DNA of 64,000 nucleotides from Lingula anatina (lineage: Eukaryota > Animalia > Brachiopoda), in NCBI GenBank assembly GCA_051362555.1, contig CM120645.1, forward strand, positions 10,540,001 to 10,604,000, given 5' to 3'. Made by a program: the position numbers and the translations under genes. Shown here in pieces: positions 24,528 through 38,920 of this stretch. Every line of letters starts with the position of its first letter. The first letter of the stretch is position 1. The notes under the pieces are model-generated. The model worked only from the letters and a program-made list of their open reading frames with translations. It did no database searches and was not told the origin of the DNA.

Positions 24528-26960
24528 CGTTTTGGCTCCAAGAGTCCTCAATACAATGCGAGGCTGTTCATTGATGGCACGGTTATCCCATGCTGTCTCT
24601 GCTGGCTGTATACCCCAGAGAGTGTGTTGATTACTGTGCCACTGGCTCGCTACAAGTCAACCTATGGATAACGCAGTGTACACAGGGACCTTACTGCGCG
24701 CTATACAATCACGACTCAAAAGCGATTGATTAGCTTAGACCCGCTCGCTTTGTTGTGCCATTATTTTTCTGCGATCAAACATGAGGCTAGATCAACGGGA
24801 AGGCGACGGTTACCAAGCCCCGGCATCGGCTTCATTGGACTCAAAGAAACCCTCCATTTTCAAAGTTTCAAAACACTAACTAAACAAACTTGCCCCCTAA
24901 TGCTATTACCGCACGTTCAAATCCCCGAATTAAAGACTTGTAAGCTAAGAAAACAAGCAGTAATCGAATTGCGACTTCTTTGTGTCCTTGTCAATTGAGA
25001 CACGCATAAAGAAAAAAAGTCCTTTGTAATCTCGGCGCATTACCTGCAGTCAAATCTCTTATGAAGTGTTGCAGGTTAACGTCAAACCTAGCGTTTGTTG
25101 CTAAGATAGTATCAGATTATACCACTTTTAAAAAGACAAATTCGACTTTCTTTAACGACCAGTAAGATTCTATGGAAATTAGCCAAGTTTAATTTGATAA
25201 ACTTTTGTAACCCAAGGAGGCTAATGGAAAACGCAGGCAGTTTAATATGTTAAGTTTTTTTTTTTTAATCATATTTAGGATACTAATGGCACTGGTGAAA
25301 ATAAATGTGACATTAAAAGCAAAATAAATATTTGCCTATCGGGTTCTTTACTGTTGATTTTGAGTTATGTTATTCCAGACCGCAGTCAAACAAAAATAAT
25401 ATTTACTCTACAAAATAAATAAAAAAGGACCAGTGCAAGATTCATAAGTTTTTCTATTTGCCAAAAATGTACTTCACGCTTTTAATTAATGGCCTTCAAT
25501 TAAAACTTTTGGTTTATTAATAATCGCAGCGACTGCCGTGGCTGAGCTGTGTATATTTTTATTTGTGTGTCCTCAAGAGGAATAAAATGCTGAAGGACTG
25601 ACATTTCAACAAATGATCATATCTTTAAGAATACATTTGACAAATTTCTCAACAAAAATATTTTTCTTTGCATGCCTTTTTCATACTTTTACCGGCAATA
25701 CTATAATATACATGAAAAACAAAGAAAACGTGATGAAATTGTAAATGTACTAAAAATTTAAGATAACATGATATGCTCATTATTTCAATTGTTTTTTGTT
25801 TTTTTTTTTTTTTTCATTCGTCCTCGTACATTTAATAAATTATCACTTACACAAAAGACCGGCTCAATTTCGGGACCATTTAACGCCCCGTTTTTAATTT
25901 CTACAAATTCAGCTCTTCTATGATCCGTTGAATATATTCTCAGCATGCTTTCCAAGGGATACAATGACCTATTCTAATTTTTTTAGGTATTTTCTATGCA
26001 TATATCTCTTTGGCATATAAGAAATAATATAATATGGACGAACACCTGTTTACATGCAGAATGTGGTTGGTGCGACAATAGAGCACATCCAACACAACTG
26101 AGGTGATTGATACCCCTCAGCACTGTACGCGTTACATGTTACACGTAGTATTACACCTTTATCTGTTTCCTTCCTTTTTCAACTGTTATGGCTTCTCTGG
26201 GTTTCCTTTCTTTTCTCCTTTTTGTCAAGGATTTGACATTTGCGTGCAAAACGAAACGATTTGCCATTTGCAAATATTGTTTTCGACAAATACTTCAATC
26301 TTCTTGAATGAGACCTTCGCAAAGGAATGTAATAAACTGAAGTTCACCTTTTTTTTTAAACTGACACTGTCAAGGCCTATTTCGTTGATGCTTTTTGTTT
26401 CTTACTGTGTCATACGGACGGATACTGTGGCGATCTGGCAAACTGAACTGATAACATGCGTTCGGCTGCTGACAACTATTTTCTTTTTACCGGTGCATTT
26501 TCAGGTACAACCCTATGAAATAAAAAGAAAGGAAGGGGTAGGCTTACATGTATGCAAACTTTGCTACAATAATAAAGGACGATCTGCATATCACTACATT
26601 ATAGAGACTTGTTTCTTCCACGTTCATGGATCTCTCAAAGTGCCAGGTTAATTCAGATATAGACAAAATACTTTAAAAAGTTAAAGTCTTTCATTTCAGC
26701 CGAAAGCACTTGCACACCGTCCCACCAGTCAAAGATCGTCCTGTTTATTCCAGAAGGAGTCTCTAGAACTGTGAAAATTTTGGTTCAATTAGTTGTTCAT
26801 TTACATAACAATGGATGTAGCCAGGTGATAGCAATCGAAGTAGTTATCACGTATAGAAATGATTTCAATGTGCCATATAGCATTAAAAGGCCTTGCTTTA
26901 TGCCTACTCATAGTGGTGAGGTACTTCTAATATGAGTGTATATATGAGTTTATATAGGAG

Positions 26961-26964
<4 letters not shown>

Positions 26965-27029
<65 letters not shown>
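26965..27029. repeat. (TA)n microsatellite
   Basis: Directly visible. Confidence 0.95.
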
Positions 27030-27036
<7 letters not shown>

Positions 27037-28402
27037 TATTGTATGTATAATAAAATTCGAATTTATATGACTAAAAATCATATATTACCGCTGGTAAAAG
27101 TGTTATTTTCTTAGCTGTCTTACAGGTTTTCAACGTCGCTTTTAAAAAATATTATCGTCAATCTTCCTTTCATAACAGTATTGCATCTTAATTGGTCCCA
27201 TTCATCCAGTTGGCTGAGATCGTATTCGGGTATGACTGAAATTAAATAAATGATTACTAGAAGCATTATAATATCAGTCTGTTCACTCCGTCACCAAGGC
27301 CATCGTCGTCTCTTGCACCGTTTACGTGATCGATTGTCGTTTCCTGTAAAATTTTACTCAGCTGTACGCGGTTTATTACAATCACTCAAGACAAATTATA
27401 TCACCGTGCTGAGCGCTCGTTGAAGCACGATTTATCAAAATGCATTTCCTGATTTCTACTGATGAGACAGTGATGAGTCCCCGATAGAAAATTTGCTAAT
27501 ATAATTAGCTTCATCATACAAAGTGCAGATGGTCTCATTCTCTACATGTAAGCTGTATTATCTGTTGCGATGGATGGAAGAGGGAGGAGGGGGGAGGGGG
27601 AGGGGAGGGGGAGGTGGAGGTAGCGTTAGCTCGCGGAGTAAAATGAGTAAGGACACTGGGCAAAAGGTCACCGTCCGAAATAAAAACAATCTGTCAAAAA
27701 AAATAATGAATAATAATAAAAAAATAATAAAAAAATAAAAAACACACACAGACATAGAAAGATGAAGAAAACTGGACAAAAAAAATATAAAGAAGAAAAT
27801 AAAAAAAGAAGTGAAATAAGGTTTGCTTTAAACAAAATAATGCAGAACAAAATGATTAATTGGACATATCATCTTGTGGTATTGCGGTTTACAGGGAGAT
27901 CCGCTAAGAAGCAGCAGCATTGCGCAACCTCGCTGTGGTAATTGCCTCCATCACCTATCGCCTGCAGAGAAATGTGAAGACGTAATGTCTCTATTACTGT
28001 TATTTCCTCATTATCTGAGATTGGCAGGGAATAAGGGAAATTACAAAGTTACGCCATTTCCTCTTTACATAGTTAATACTGACAGACACAGCATCAACCG
28101 AGAATAAAGAAGATGACTATTCGCACTTCACAGTGCATGCGTACATCACTTTGTTTTTGTTAAGTACCATTAGCATAATAAATATACATTTTAATTGATT
28201 TTTTAAAGTTACTTTTTTATATTCACTCACTAATGTGAGTCGTATTGTACTTACATATACAAATATAATAAATATTGTAAACCACCCGCTTACTTTTGCA
28301 CTTCCTCCTTTTATCAATTTGAGTGAGTACACATTGAGCAGTGAAGGAATAAAAAACATCCGACACACCTGCAAGTAATGTGTAGAGAAATGAGAGGACG
28401 TA

Positions 28403-28404
<2 letters not shown>

Positions 28405-28444
<40 letters not shown>

Positions 28445-28646
28445 GTACGTTGTGGTCAAGTTCAACACATACGCGCGCACACGCACACACATACACACAC
28501 ACACACACACACAAACACAGAGAGAGAGAGAGAGAGGCACACGCAGCTGAAGAGGCCCAAAGCTTTAGAATACACACACACACAAACACACAAACACAGA
28601 GAGAGAGAGAGAGAGGCACACGCAGCTGAAGAGGCCCAAAGCTTTA

Positions 28647-28705
<59 letters not shown>
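28405..28705. repeat. Compound microsatellite with an ~80-bp tandem duplication ending ...GCAGCTGAAGAGGCCCAAAGCTTTAGAATA, followed by (AT)n
   Basis: Directly visible. Confidence 0.9.
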
Positions 28706-28710
<5 letters not shown>

Positions 28711-29642
28711 TGACCATACGGATTTCTTATATAACCATCTTGTCTTATATAACCATCTTGTCATCACTGTCTAGTTCTCCCCGCTTCATGCACGTATAAT
28801 TACATTGGTCATTATCCCTTGTAAGATGCTAACAGAAATTTATTTCTATTTTTAATTTTTATTTATTTATTATTTTTTTGTGATCGGTAAAGAAACATGT
28901 GTAAAACAGTTTTTTTTTTTTTTGGCTTTTCTGGTTTTCACATTAAGATATAATGTAAAGTCAATTTTTTTAGAAATTACCTTTAGTAGAGAAAGTCACA
29001 GGTTTTATCAGCCTGATGCAAACATTTTTGCTCTAATTGTTCATGCAGTTAGGGCGCTTTGAGGGATGTCACCTGTGCACCACATGGAACAGTTCTATTG
29101 TAGAACTAACGCGACTGAGAGATGACACTTAGTTTATATTAAAATCACGCGAAGCATTGCAAAAGAAGGCAAATCGCTCATGACAGGCTGTTTGATGAAT
29201 GGGGGATATATAGCAGGTTAGGTTTCACAGTAGTGATTAGTGTTTCTGTATCTGGTTTTCATACTGACCCATGATATCAAACCCACAGTATGGTGACTAT
29301 GATTCAACAACAAGTCTTCTGGCTCTGGAATCAAATTGCAGCAGCGAGCACGTGTAAGTGACTGCGGAATTAATGGTTCATATTACGCTTATACGAACAT
29401 CACTATACAAGAATGGTAGAGATATTTCCAATTCCTTTATCACGCTCTTCATCACAGAAACCTCCACTGAGCATGGGGTTCTCTAGCCTGAAAAATGCGA
29501 TTATATTCTAATTTAAGTGAATGCAGTTATTGACTGAGATATTCGGGTATTACAATAACGCTTCACTGGAAGTGCATATATGTGTCACTTATGTGAGGAA
29601 GAAGTCTTATGACACCTTTTTACCCTATTTATTGCCTGCATC

Positions 29643-29899
29643 TTTACCTCCGCCAAGGAGGTTATGTTTTCACCCCTGTTTGTCTGTCTGTTTGTTTGTT
29701 TGTTTGTTTGTTTGTCACCAACATAACTCAAAAAGTTATGGACCATTTTTGATAAAATTATCAGGAACTGTCAGAAGTGTGCCAAGGAAGAGATGATTAG
29801 TTTTTGGTGGTGATCCGGATCAATAATCAATCAATAATCAATAATAATAAAAAAATTGCTGCCTTGGCGGAGGTCTGCGCTCTCGGAGTGCTTTTCTAG
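29643..29899 (+). mobile_element. Helentron-associated/DINE-1-like (HINE) non-autonomous element
   Basis: Subterminal inverted repeat ACCTCCGCCAAGG / CCTTGGCGGAGGT, internal (GTYT)n microsatellite, 3' hairpin GCGCTCTCGGAGTGC, CTAG end, T-rich insertion site. Confidence 0.8.
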
Positions 29900-31124
29900 T
29901 TCTCAATTGTTTTTACCCTAGCTTACTTATAATTTTTCACATATTTGTGCACCCTAGCTTATTGTTTACTAGAACGAGTTGCGTAACGGTAGTTAATATG
30001 GGCCTTCATATAATTGTCACTTGGGTGTTTGTTTTATTTACTGAACTTCGCCATGGCACTAAGAATTAATGCTACAATGTACATTTGTAGTTCCGATAGG
30101 TCATGTCAAAAATACTATAACAATGTGTCATGTATGCCTTACAAGTGCTTGAATATCCATTTTTACAAAGCCATGTACACGAAAAAAAAGGCCATATTAA
30201 CCAACTCTGTGGTCTTCTGGGACCACGGGGCACCAATTGTTCCGGACATTTCAATTTGGAAAAACTATCAGCATGCACAAGTGGGGATATTCTCAAATAT
30301 AATGCAGTGCAACAACATAAAGAACATTTATATTAAATACAGTTGCGAAACATTGACGGCGGTAGTTTCATAACATTTTCGAAAACAACACGGTGGGCAT
30401 TGGTTTTTCCTTGAACCACTGTATGCAGCTGTTTCTCGTTTTATGTACTGGGAATAGGCTTCCCTTTGACGCCATAAGGCAGTTTATGATCACACAGATG
30501 AAGCACAAACACGCAGCAAGGAATATCCATTAAAATATGTTTTTTACAGTTTTCCAAGAACTTAACAATATAGATATGCCGATAGGAAATGTAGATTTGA
30601 GGTGAGATATAGTTCGGTGCGGATGGTAAGAATACAAGTAGTGATATAATTAGCGTATAATGAAGCCTATGAAGGTATTCATATTGCAAAAATACGGCAA
30701 TCTTTAAAGATCCCGCTGTTTCAAACGCGGAAGAGTTATTATAGTAATGAAACTCAGAATGTGATATTCTAATGGACCTTTTAGGAAAAGCTATTATTTC
30801 GTTACAAATCAACCGGTATCCCGTGGGTAAGACATGTAAAGCAAAGTTCCAATGGGAAATTGCTCATTATATAGTTTATGGTTGATAATGCACTGGCATA
30901 ACAATTTAGTGGCATATGGCATATTTTAACCGGCAGGCCTCTACGGGGAGGAATATACTGAGACACAGATGGCATAGTGTTGAGCAAAGCGTTGTCTGTT
31001 TTACAATTTTAAGTGAATTCTGCGTACTGGTATCTTGAGATATTGCTTATGATCTGGCTACGATCCATATTTCGTGATTTAAGCGTAATGAGACTTTTAA
31101 GACTTATTGCACACCTTTGTATTA

Positions 31125-31349
31125 GAGTGCATTCCAAGAGATTTAGATCGATCCAGAGATTTAGATTTAGATCGACATAACTCCCAGGGGGTTCACGCTA
31201 AATTGCAGTCAGCCGAGCTCGCACCATAGTTAATTACCCCCTTACAGTTTTTAGTAGGCGGGACAGACGCTTAAGCCGGCTAAGCTGACAGTAATCTAGT
31301 GAGACACCCCACAAGGATAGATCGCTCTAAAATCTGTGGGAATGGGGTC
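31125..31349. mobile_element. PIF/Harbinger-like MITE, related to the 36044-36296 element
   Basis: Shares CAGTTTTTAGTAGGCGGGACAGACGCTTAAGCC-type arm and GATCGATC motifs with the 36 kb element; TTA flanks. Confidence 0.6.
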
Positions 31350-33912
31350 TTAAGTCTCTGTACAGAAGGAACCTTCTCAACCCTGTTCGTACTGCATCGT
31401 TGCTGCTGGGTCATCGAACACCTAGCCCCCATTTACACGCTGTATGCTGTGTCTGTTCAAACCCTTAATTTATTGATGGTATCAAATGGCATTTTCTTTT
31501 CCCTAAAAACCTCCTGGGTCCACGTCTCACACGTCTCACACTCATACAGCTGTGTGTTAGGATCGACTAGATTAGTTTATCAATATGGGGTTGATACGTT
31601 TTATGACTTTAAAGTAGGTTTTTGGAGAACGGAAACTACGTTTTGTGACTTCAAAAGCAAATGTAGTTCTTTTCGGGAAAACAAAAGTGCGCTAAGTGCT
31701 TTTTGTTAATGGTTCTCCGTGGCATTTTTTAGGAACTCCGTGCTTGTGACGGCGATTAGAAGATAATACTATTCTTTGACTCTTGGATAAAAATAGTACC
31801 CAGCCGTCATTCTGTTTATTATCTACCGGCTAAGAATGGTCACAAGGATATGAAAAGCTGAGCTTGTTATTATGGTTTTGTACGTCTTCGTCGTTCTCAT
31901 CATCCTGTATTGGTGTCTGTGCGTGGCAAATAGATCGCTGTACGTCACACCATTTATTGTATTCTTCTTACAAATCGTATCCGGCTAAACTTGATACTTG
32001 TTTGGCGAAAGGATTGATTTGGTGCTGTTTGCAAGAAAGAGATCGCAATATTAATAGTAAGAACTTGCAAAACACTCAAAACAGGGCCGTAGTGGTAGTG
32101 GGCAAAATCCTTGAAGACACCTACGTGTATTGAGGCTCATAAGACACCACTGCAGTTTATTTGTCAGATTTATGGTACTCCTCTACGCGATGACAGACAT
32201 AGAAGTAAGACTCTTCTAATGAAATGAGAAAAAGGAAAATGCATTAATTCAAAAAGATTCCCCCAATATGTTTTTCAATAATGAAAGTCTCCTCCTTTCC
32301 CCCTTTCCCATAGCCTACAGCAGTTGAAACTGCATAACCCTATACATGGACAAACGTAGACCATATACGATGTGTATGCGTATGTCTATATTATCTCAGT
32401 AAAGGTCTGAGTGGTCAGTACATCTAGCTTAGGAAAAAGCAATGCATATTCACAATCGATTCACAATGAAATTTGCACTCTTCCAGAGAGATCGGTCAAT
32501 TCTGACAAATTATCTTTGTGATCATGTTTGGCACACTAGTTGATGAGTTAAGAAAATAATTGAAAATGTCATTAACCTTTAGTAGGTATACGACAGGTTG
32601 TGGACCGGGTTTTTCTCGCGTTTTCATTGCATGTAAAGGGTTAATCAAGTCATTAAGTACGTTGTAGTTTTCCTCTTCAGGTTGAATTAAAGATAATTAG
32701 TTACTTATTCCCTTAATGTATAGGCTAATCAGCTAGCCCTCCAATTTGTACATGTACTCGGAATTTAATTTTTTCCAAGTAATGAATATTATTCCTTTTG
32801 GATTTCAAAACGCATATTGTCTGTGTAATGAGTGCGGTGATATCGATATAACTGTGCGGTATACACAGAGTACGAGATATGCCCATGAGAATAACTAACA
32901 TTTCGCTTCCATTTCACCAGAAATATATGTGTCAGTATTCATAATGTAAGCTGTACGTTTGGATGGGTTCATACGTCCTTAGTTTGGGTCGTTTTTCATC
33001 TTAGTAACCTCAAAGTATTCACATCCAGGCCCAATCACGTTAAAAGATCAACTCTATGGAACAGTACATCATAGAAATCTTTACTCGAATTGGCCCAAGT
33101 TGAACCAATATGGCAATTATGCTACATGCGCCTTAAATGTTAAACTTGCATTGCTTGTTAACCTTTGAAACTAATTTGGCACACCCAGCAATTTTGTGTT
33201 TAATTGTGCATGCTAAACATGCGATATGTCTTTTATCATTTAAACATCTCCAAGCCGCAGAAAACGATTTACTCATCAAACAATCCTAAAATGTAAAATC
33301 TATTAACACTATATAAGACCTAATAATGAATTTTACGGTTGGTCAGTGTGAACGTCTGCACGTTTTAATATTTAAATAAATTGCATTATTTAAATTAAGT
33401 CACAGATTTGTTTATTTATTTACTTTTGCTCAACGTAAAATAATTTTAAAAAAAATTAATATATCCCATCCTTTTGAATCTCTATTAAGCTGTTTCTTTG
33501 TTGGCAAATCTAATCTCTTTCATAAACAGTTCTTTACTGTTAGATATCCTTTAATGCCAATTAATCACGAACCTAATCTGGTATAACAATGACCAGATTA
33601 CCTTTAAATTTCTCGACTCTTAATTGGCTACCCGACATACAGGAACGATACGTCGTCCTTTTATTTATCGGTTGCCGTTTCAATCATGCGATAAACAAAT
33701 CATTAGCTATATATCATTTGCCATTGCCAATTATCGAACTGACTATCGGAGTGGTCTGATCTCTAAGTAGGTATAAGCAGCATGATGTATTTGACTTTGC
33801 ATTCTTTTAGAATAAACATTGTATTATGTGTAGGAGCATATATCCCCCTTCGTTAATGAAGATTTATGACGTAAAGGACTTGTTTTTCGTCTTTGCAAAA
33901 CAAACCCAAAGG

Positions 33913-34185
33913 ATTCTTGGGTTACGTATCGATATCTGATAGCATAAGCATGATATACCAGTAAGCAAAACATCGAAAGTGGTTTGTGGAGAAAATCAAT
34001 ACAAAAAGGCTAACAATGGCAACAAATGCCTTCGAATTTTTGATATGTTCATTTAATAAGTTCAAATGCTTAGAAATTCTAGGGTTACGTATATGATAAA
34101 GCTTAAGCATAATATTCCAGTACGCAAAACATTGAAAGTGGTTTGTAGAGAAAAAGAACACGAAAAGGCTCAAAACGGCGTTAAT
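33913..34185. repeat. Two diverged ~160-bp tandem units (GGGTTACGTAT...GAAAGTGGTTTGT...AAAAGGCT)
   Basis: Direct repeat visible at about 33913 and 34076. Confidence 0.8.
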
Positions 34186-36043
34186 TTTCATTTATAAAGT
34201 TCAGAACTTCAGAAACGAATGTGCTTGTAAGCCACGTTGGTAATGAATGTCAAATGCGAAGGTGTAAGAAATCCGTGTTGGCAAAATAAAATTGAAATTG
34301 AAAACAACAGTAAAAAGCTCTACTCGTCTATCTCCACTTACCCATTTTTTCCTTACTCACTGCTAAATCTAACAAGATGAACAGACCGACTTCAAGTTAT
34401 GTGACTTGTTTGCTTGTTTTTCTGCATTGTGTAATAAAGGGGGAATGATTAGTTTGCTGCACCATTTATTGCATTTCCTGGCAAGGCGCTGTTCATACAT
34501 GCACGACGTGGTTCCCCGCAGTGCAGGCAATATGCGTGTCATCCGTAACGCAATTAATAATTGCTAACAGATTTACCAAAACAACAGGTGAAACAAGCAC
34601 TGTATATGCGGTTTAGTCAGTTTGTCAGATTTACTTAACAACACCGTGGATTTGAGCAACCCCAGCAAACTCTGTTATTTGAACATGTCTCAGACGGTCC
34701 GATTAAGACAAAGGCAATGTTCTACTGTAGCATGAGGAAATGGGGGTTTATCTACAATAAATACCCTACGAAAATTCACATTTAGGGCTGGTGACGTTTT
34801 GTTTTTGTCAAGCATAGGTTTCACAATACATGCCAGACAATAGCAATAATGGTTCTTGGTGTGATATACGTGTGTCGCGTGTCATTCTTCTACTGAAGCA
34901 TTGCATGTATTTCGTGTGCTTGGCAATTAAGTAAATCCATCGACGTCAAATACCCCGCAGTAAACATGTGCAGAAAAGGAAAGTCATTATATTTCGCAAC
35001 AGTTTGAGCGATTTGGTTTCATAATGTACAATTATCAGACGGTTGCAAAATGTTTTAATGAGCCCACCTGTCTTTTTTTCTACAGAATGAATTGCATGTT
35101 GGGTACGTCTGTCCTTTGAGGCAGTGTGTCTAACATCTTCCATAGATCCGATACCTGACGTCTGACAGAGTGACAGACAAACAGACAGACTGACGCCCGA
35201 AAGCACCATGTGCAGAATAACCCAGTAACTTTAAACATTCCTGTAATTGTGTGTGTTTGTGTGTGTGTGTGGGGGGGGTACCTACAAACCCCCTTGAAAA
35301 CTCCACATTGTACGTTTAAGTGCTGTTATTATGTTTTATTAGTGGTGTTACACTACCTTGCATGTGCTCATTGCATCTCATTCTGATTCTTTGAAATATT
35401 TCACCTTCTCTTATTCCTTATTGGTGTAATTCGTGTTGTTCTCTCCAAGTGCTTGCATAAATGCATTTTATTTAGTTTTTTTTTTAATATTTTTAAAATG
35501 CTGGTAACCGGCAGCCTTTACCTAAATTCCCTCTTTCTTCATTCCCATTATTTTATTTTAAAACTAAACATTAGTCAGGGAAGTAATGAAAATTAACTCA
35601 ACAGTGTTTGTGTGCACATGTACACGTATATATATATCATATAAAAGGAGTATTAACAATAAAAAACAGCTTCAGTTTACGCCAAGGACTATATATTTGT
35701 GTGCGATATTGCACGAAAAGTTACTTATCACATTCGTTATTTTGTTTGAAATGTGCGTGTGGTCACCTTGGGCGTCTTCAACATGAGACCATGCGTCCGC
35801 GGCGTTGCCAGGATAAAGTGTTCGGTCGTTTTGACACTTTCTGTAGCGTTTCGTATCCATTAGATCCACTGCTACAGTGAATTCTGCTAGGATTTGTTTC
35901 TCGGTCATATACTTCCAGTCGTTCATTTAAAGTTTTCTAATCTTTCAAGCACCGGTGCCATTGCAGAGGCCCGTGGGATTTCACATGAAGTGGACTGCAT
36001 CTTTATGAAGCATACCCCGATCAATCTTTAAGGCAATCTCTAA

Positions 36044-36296
36044 GGGACCGTTCCCAGTCCCTGTCGTGCTGTGGATCGACTTATATCCGAGGGGATTCTC
36101 GTTAAATTGCAATCAACTTAAGCGGCTTAGATGTCTGTCACGCCTACTGAAGCTGCTAGGGGGTTATTAATTATCGTTCAGCAGTTTCAGTAGGCATGTC
36201 AGGCATCTAAGCCGCTTAAGCTGAAAGCAATTTAGCGAGAAACCCTTTGGAGATGGATCGATCCTGTTAGATCGATCTAGGCATAGGAACCCAGTC
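36044..36296. mobile_element. Foldback (long-palindrome) MITE, PIF/Harbinger-like
   Basis: Arms 36109-36157 and 36180-36228 are near reverse complements (CTTAAGCGGCTTAGATG...CATCTAAGCCGCTTAAG); TAA on both flanks. Confidence 0.75.
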
Positions 36297-38920
36297 TAAG
36301 GCTAAGATCACTTGTGATAGATATTGCTCTTTCATTTGGTTACTGATATCTAAAGACCTTGGGACAAAATTAGCTCTTCAAGCACGAAAGGCAGTTTCTT
36401 AATTGTGCACACAGGGAACAGGATGCAAGTGTTACATTGCTTTATGATTTATTTCTATTCTGTAAAATACGTGTTTTTTAAATAGTGCCTGTGAAAAAAA
36501 ACGACAAGCTACTCACAATGCGACTAAAAGCTCAAGCTACTTTTCTGAAGGACGCTTGTGTTTCTTTTTCCGATACGATAATCGCAACTGCGAATAGTTT
36601 AACAGTCTACAAGTGGTTTTATCTCACGGTTACAGTACGTTGAATCACACCTCTTGATTATCGATTGATACAAAATACCTGACAAATGGCTGTCTGGCAA
36701 AGACGTCTAGATTCTATAGTTTAGACAAAGATAATACCAATTGTTATGTTCAGCTTTTTGACTGCTGATGATATCTGAAGGCAGCCATTAGATTTTATTT
36801 CCAAGACAGCTGTCGTAAACAGGTGAATAAAAAAGGAGGGAGTTTTTTCGTTTCGATTACATCTCACTTGCTCGTGTGGTAATTTTATTCAAAACCACGC
36901 CACGTTCCTTGTTTAACTAATTGGATATATTTTGCTATCATACTTTAACATACAATAAAATGTAATTTTTAAAATATATTTGGCGTTGATGAATGTACAC
37001 ATACCGAATAGGGCATGCTCCCCATGCAGTTGACTTCGCAAATATTAAGGCTTACCGGTACAATCTTAGGGATCATTCCCCATGAAACTGCCGTCCTAGG
37101 TTGCGCGATCCAAATCAGAGGGGTCTCTCGCTGAATGCAATCAGATTAACATATTCATACTTCTTCTCTTGTTTCCGATGTAATCGCATTAGTACCAGAT
37201 TTTCTGTATTTTACTCAAGGCAAAGAGGTGTGCCATTCAGTTAATCTTGTTGCATTCAGAGGAGTTGGGTCGATCTTCCTAGTTTGAGAGTTTCATTGTA
37301 AACGCACCCTAACATAGCCTGGGTTTCATTCCTAAGTGTACAGCATTTGCCTAGGTATACCATAACAACTGGATGCATCTGTCATGCATAAAGTGCTTTT
37401 TGAATTTGAAAATAGTTTTTTGTGCTCATTTTACCTTTAAAAACAATTGTATTGGGCTTTTTATTTTGCTCTTGTTTGTTTTTTAAAATCATTTATTTGG
37501 ATCAGTTTTATCTATGAATTATTCAATTATATGCAGCAATTATGGGTGAATGTATAGTATTTCGCAGATTTACCTATCGATGGCTGCCGTAGACATAACG
37601 TCAAATTAACTTGAAACAGAAAATGTCTTTGGAAATATTGTATTACGTCATTAAAAAACCACAGACCGACAAGTCGAAGTTATAAATCATGAGTAGATGT
37701 ACCTATAAATGGTCCTTCAGCGATAACCCAAGAGCTAGACAAAAGCCGGCAAAACCTTATTAAGGTGGATAAAGGATTCAAGAAGATTAATGACGCAAAA
37801 TATTACACTCACACAGCCAAATACCACTCTTGTTGGAAAATTTGGTCTATTTTCCAAATAATGTTAATTTAAAAGAACCTTCTACATGTAAGACAAAATA
37901 ATAAATTTATAATGAGACGTATATCCATTATCAAATTAGAGTAATCTAACGAAAGATAAAAAGGATAAGGAAGCGAATGACGCGGAACATCACTGCTGCA
38001 AGACTGAATACCAATCTCAGTGAAAGGTAAAATGCAGCCTTCTTCCAAACCTTGTTTTCTCTTGAGAACCCTCTAAAATGTGTCACTTAAAATAAAGAAA
38101 AATAAATGAATAAACAGACGTCTATGCATGTATACCTTTACTAATAGCGCTTCTGGCAAAAGAAATTAACTTCGCTCTTTGTTGACAAACGGCTCCGGTG
38201 TCACGAGAGAGGGCCCTTGCCAACAGGAACTGATTCTAGCTGATTTTAACAAGCAATGCTACTGTGCTTGGGTTTGTTTTAATTAAGTCCCAAAGCAGCA
38301 CTACTTCCCGCCATTTTTTAAAAAACACATTTTCCTTTCTTTTATCTGAGATAAGTGAACCAGGACACGGTAGAAAATGAAATTTCTGCTTTGATCGCAC
38401 CACATGAAGGCTTTTTGTGGTGATCAAGAAGCCATCCAATCTCTGAACCGTTATTTCTGTCCAAGCCATCACAACCGCAGCTTTTCATACTGACGAGGCA
38501 TTTAGAATATTGGACACAAATTAGATTTATGGGCCGTAAAATGATTTAACATTTTATGCTATTTTTTTTTTTAATTTTTTTCGCATTGATGATGGGGTAA
38601 ATAATCTCCTTTCCTATACAGAGAAAAAAAAGCATGCAGTAAATTGTCATATGCCATTACAAATTGACTAGGATTCAAAGTTTGCAACGATTGAATTTCG
38701 GATTCAGTTACTCCTGATATAGGTGTCTGGAAATTATTTCTCTTATAATGTCAAATGACACGAAATGACTCCCACATATTTTTCATTTCGCCTTGCTAAA
38801 GCCCAGGTGTCTTAGCCTTTTTGTTACAGCAGCGTGCAAGAGACCAATCTGCGTGATGGTAAAATGCGCTGTGATCTCTAAAGTAATGGTAGCGATTCTA
38901 CTCTGCCTCTGTCACGACAT

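Noticed and set aside
26103-26651. 182-aa Phe/Cys-rich ORF
   Set aside because: Non-ATG start, AT-rich non-coding composition, no motif or exon context.
27459-27492. CTGATGA...GAAA resembling a hammerhead ribozyme core
   Set aside because: GAAA does not directly follow stem II and stems I and III could not be formed.
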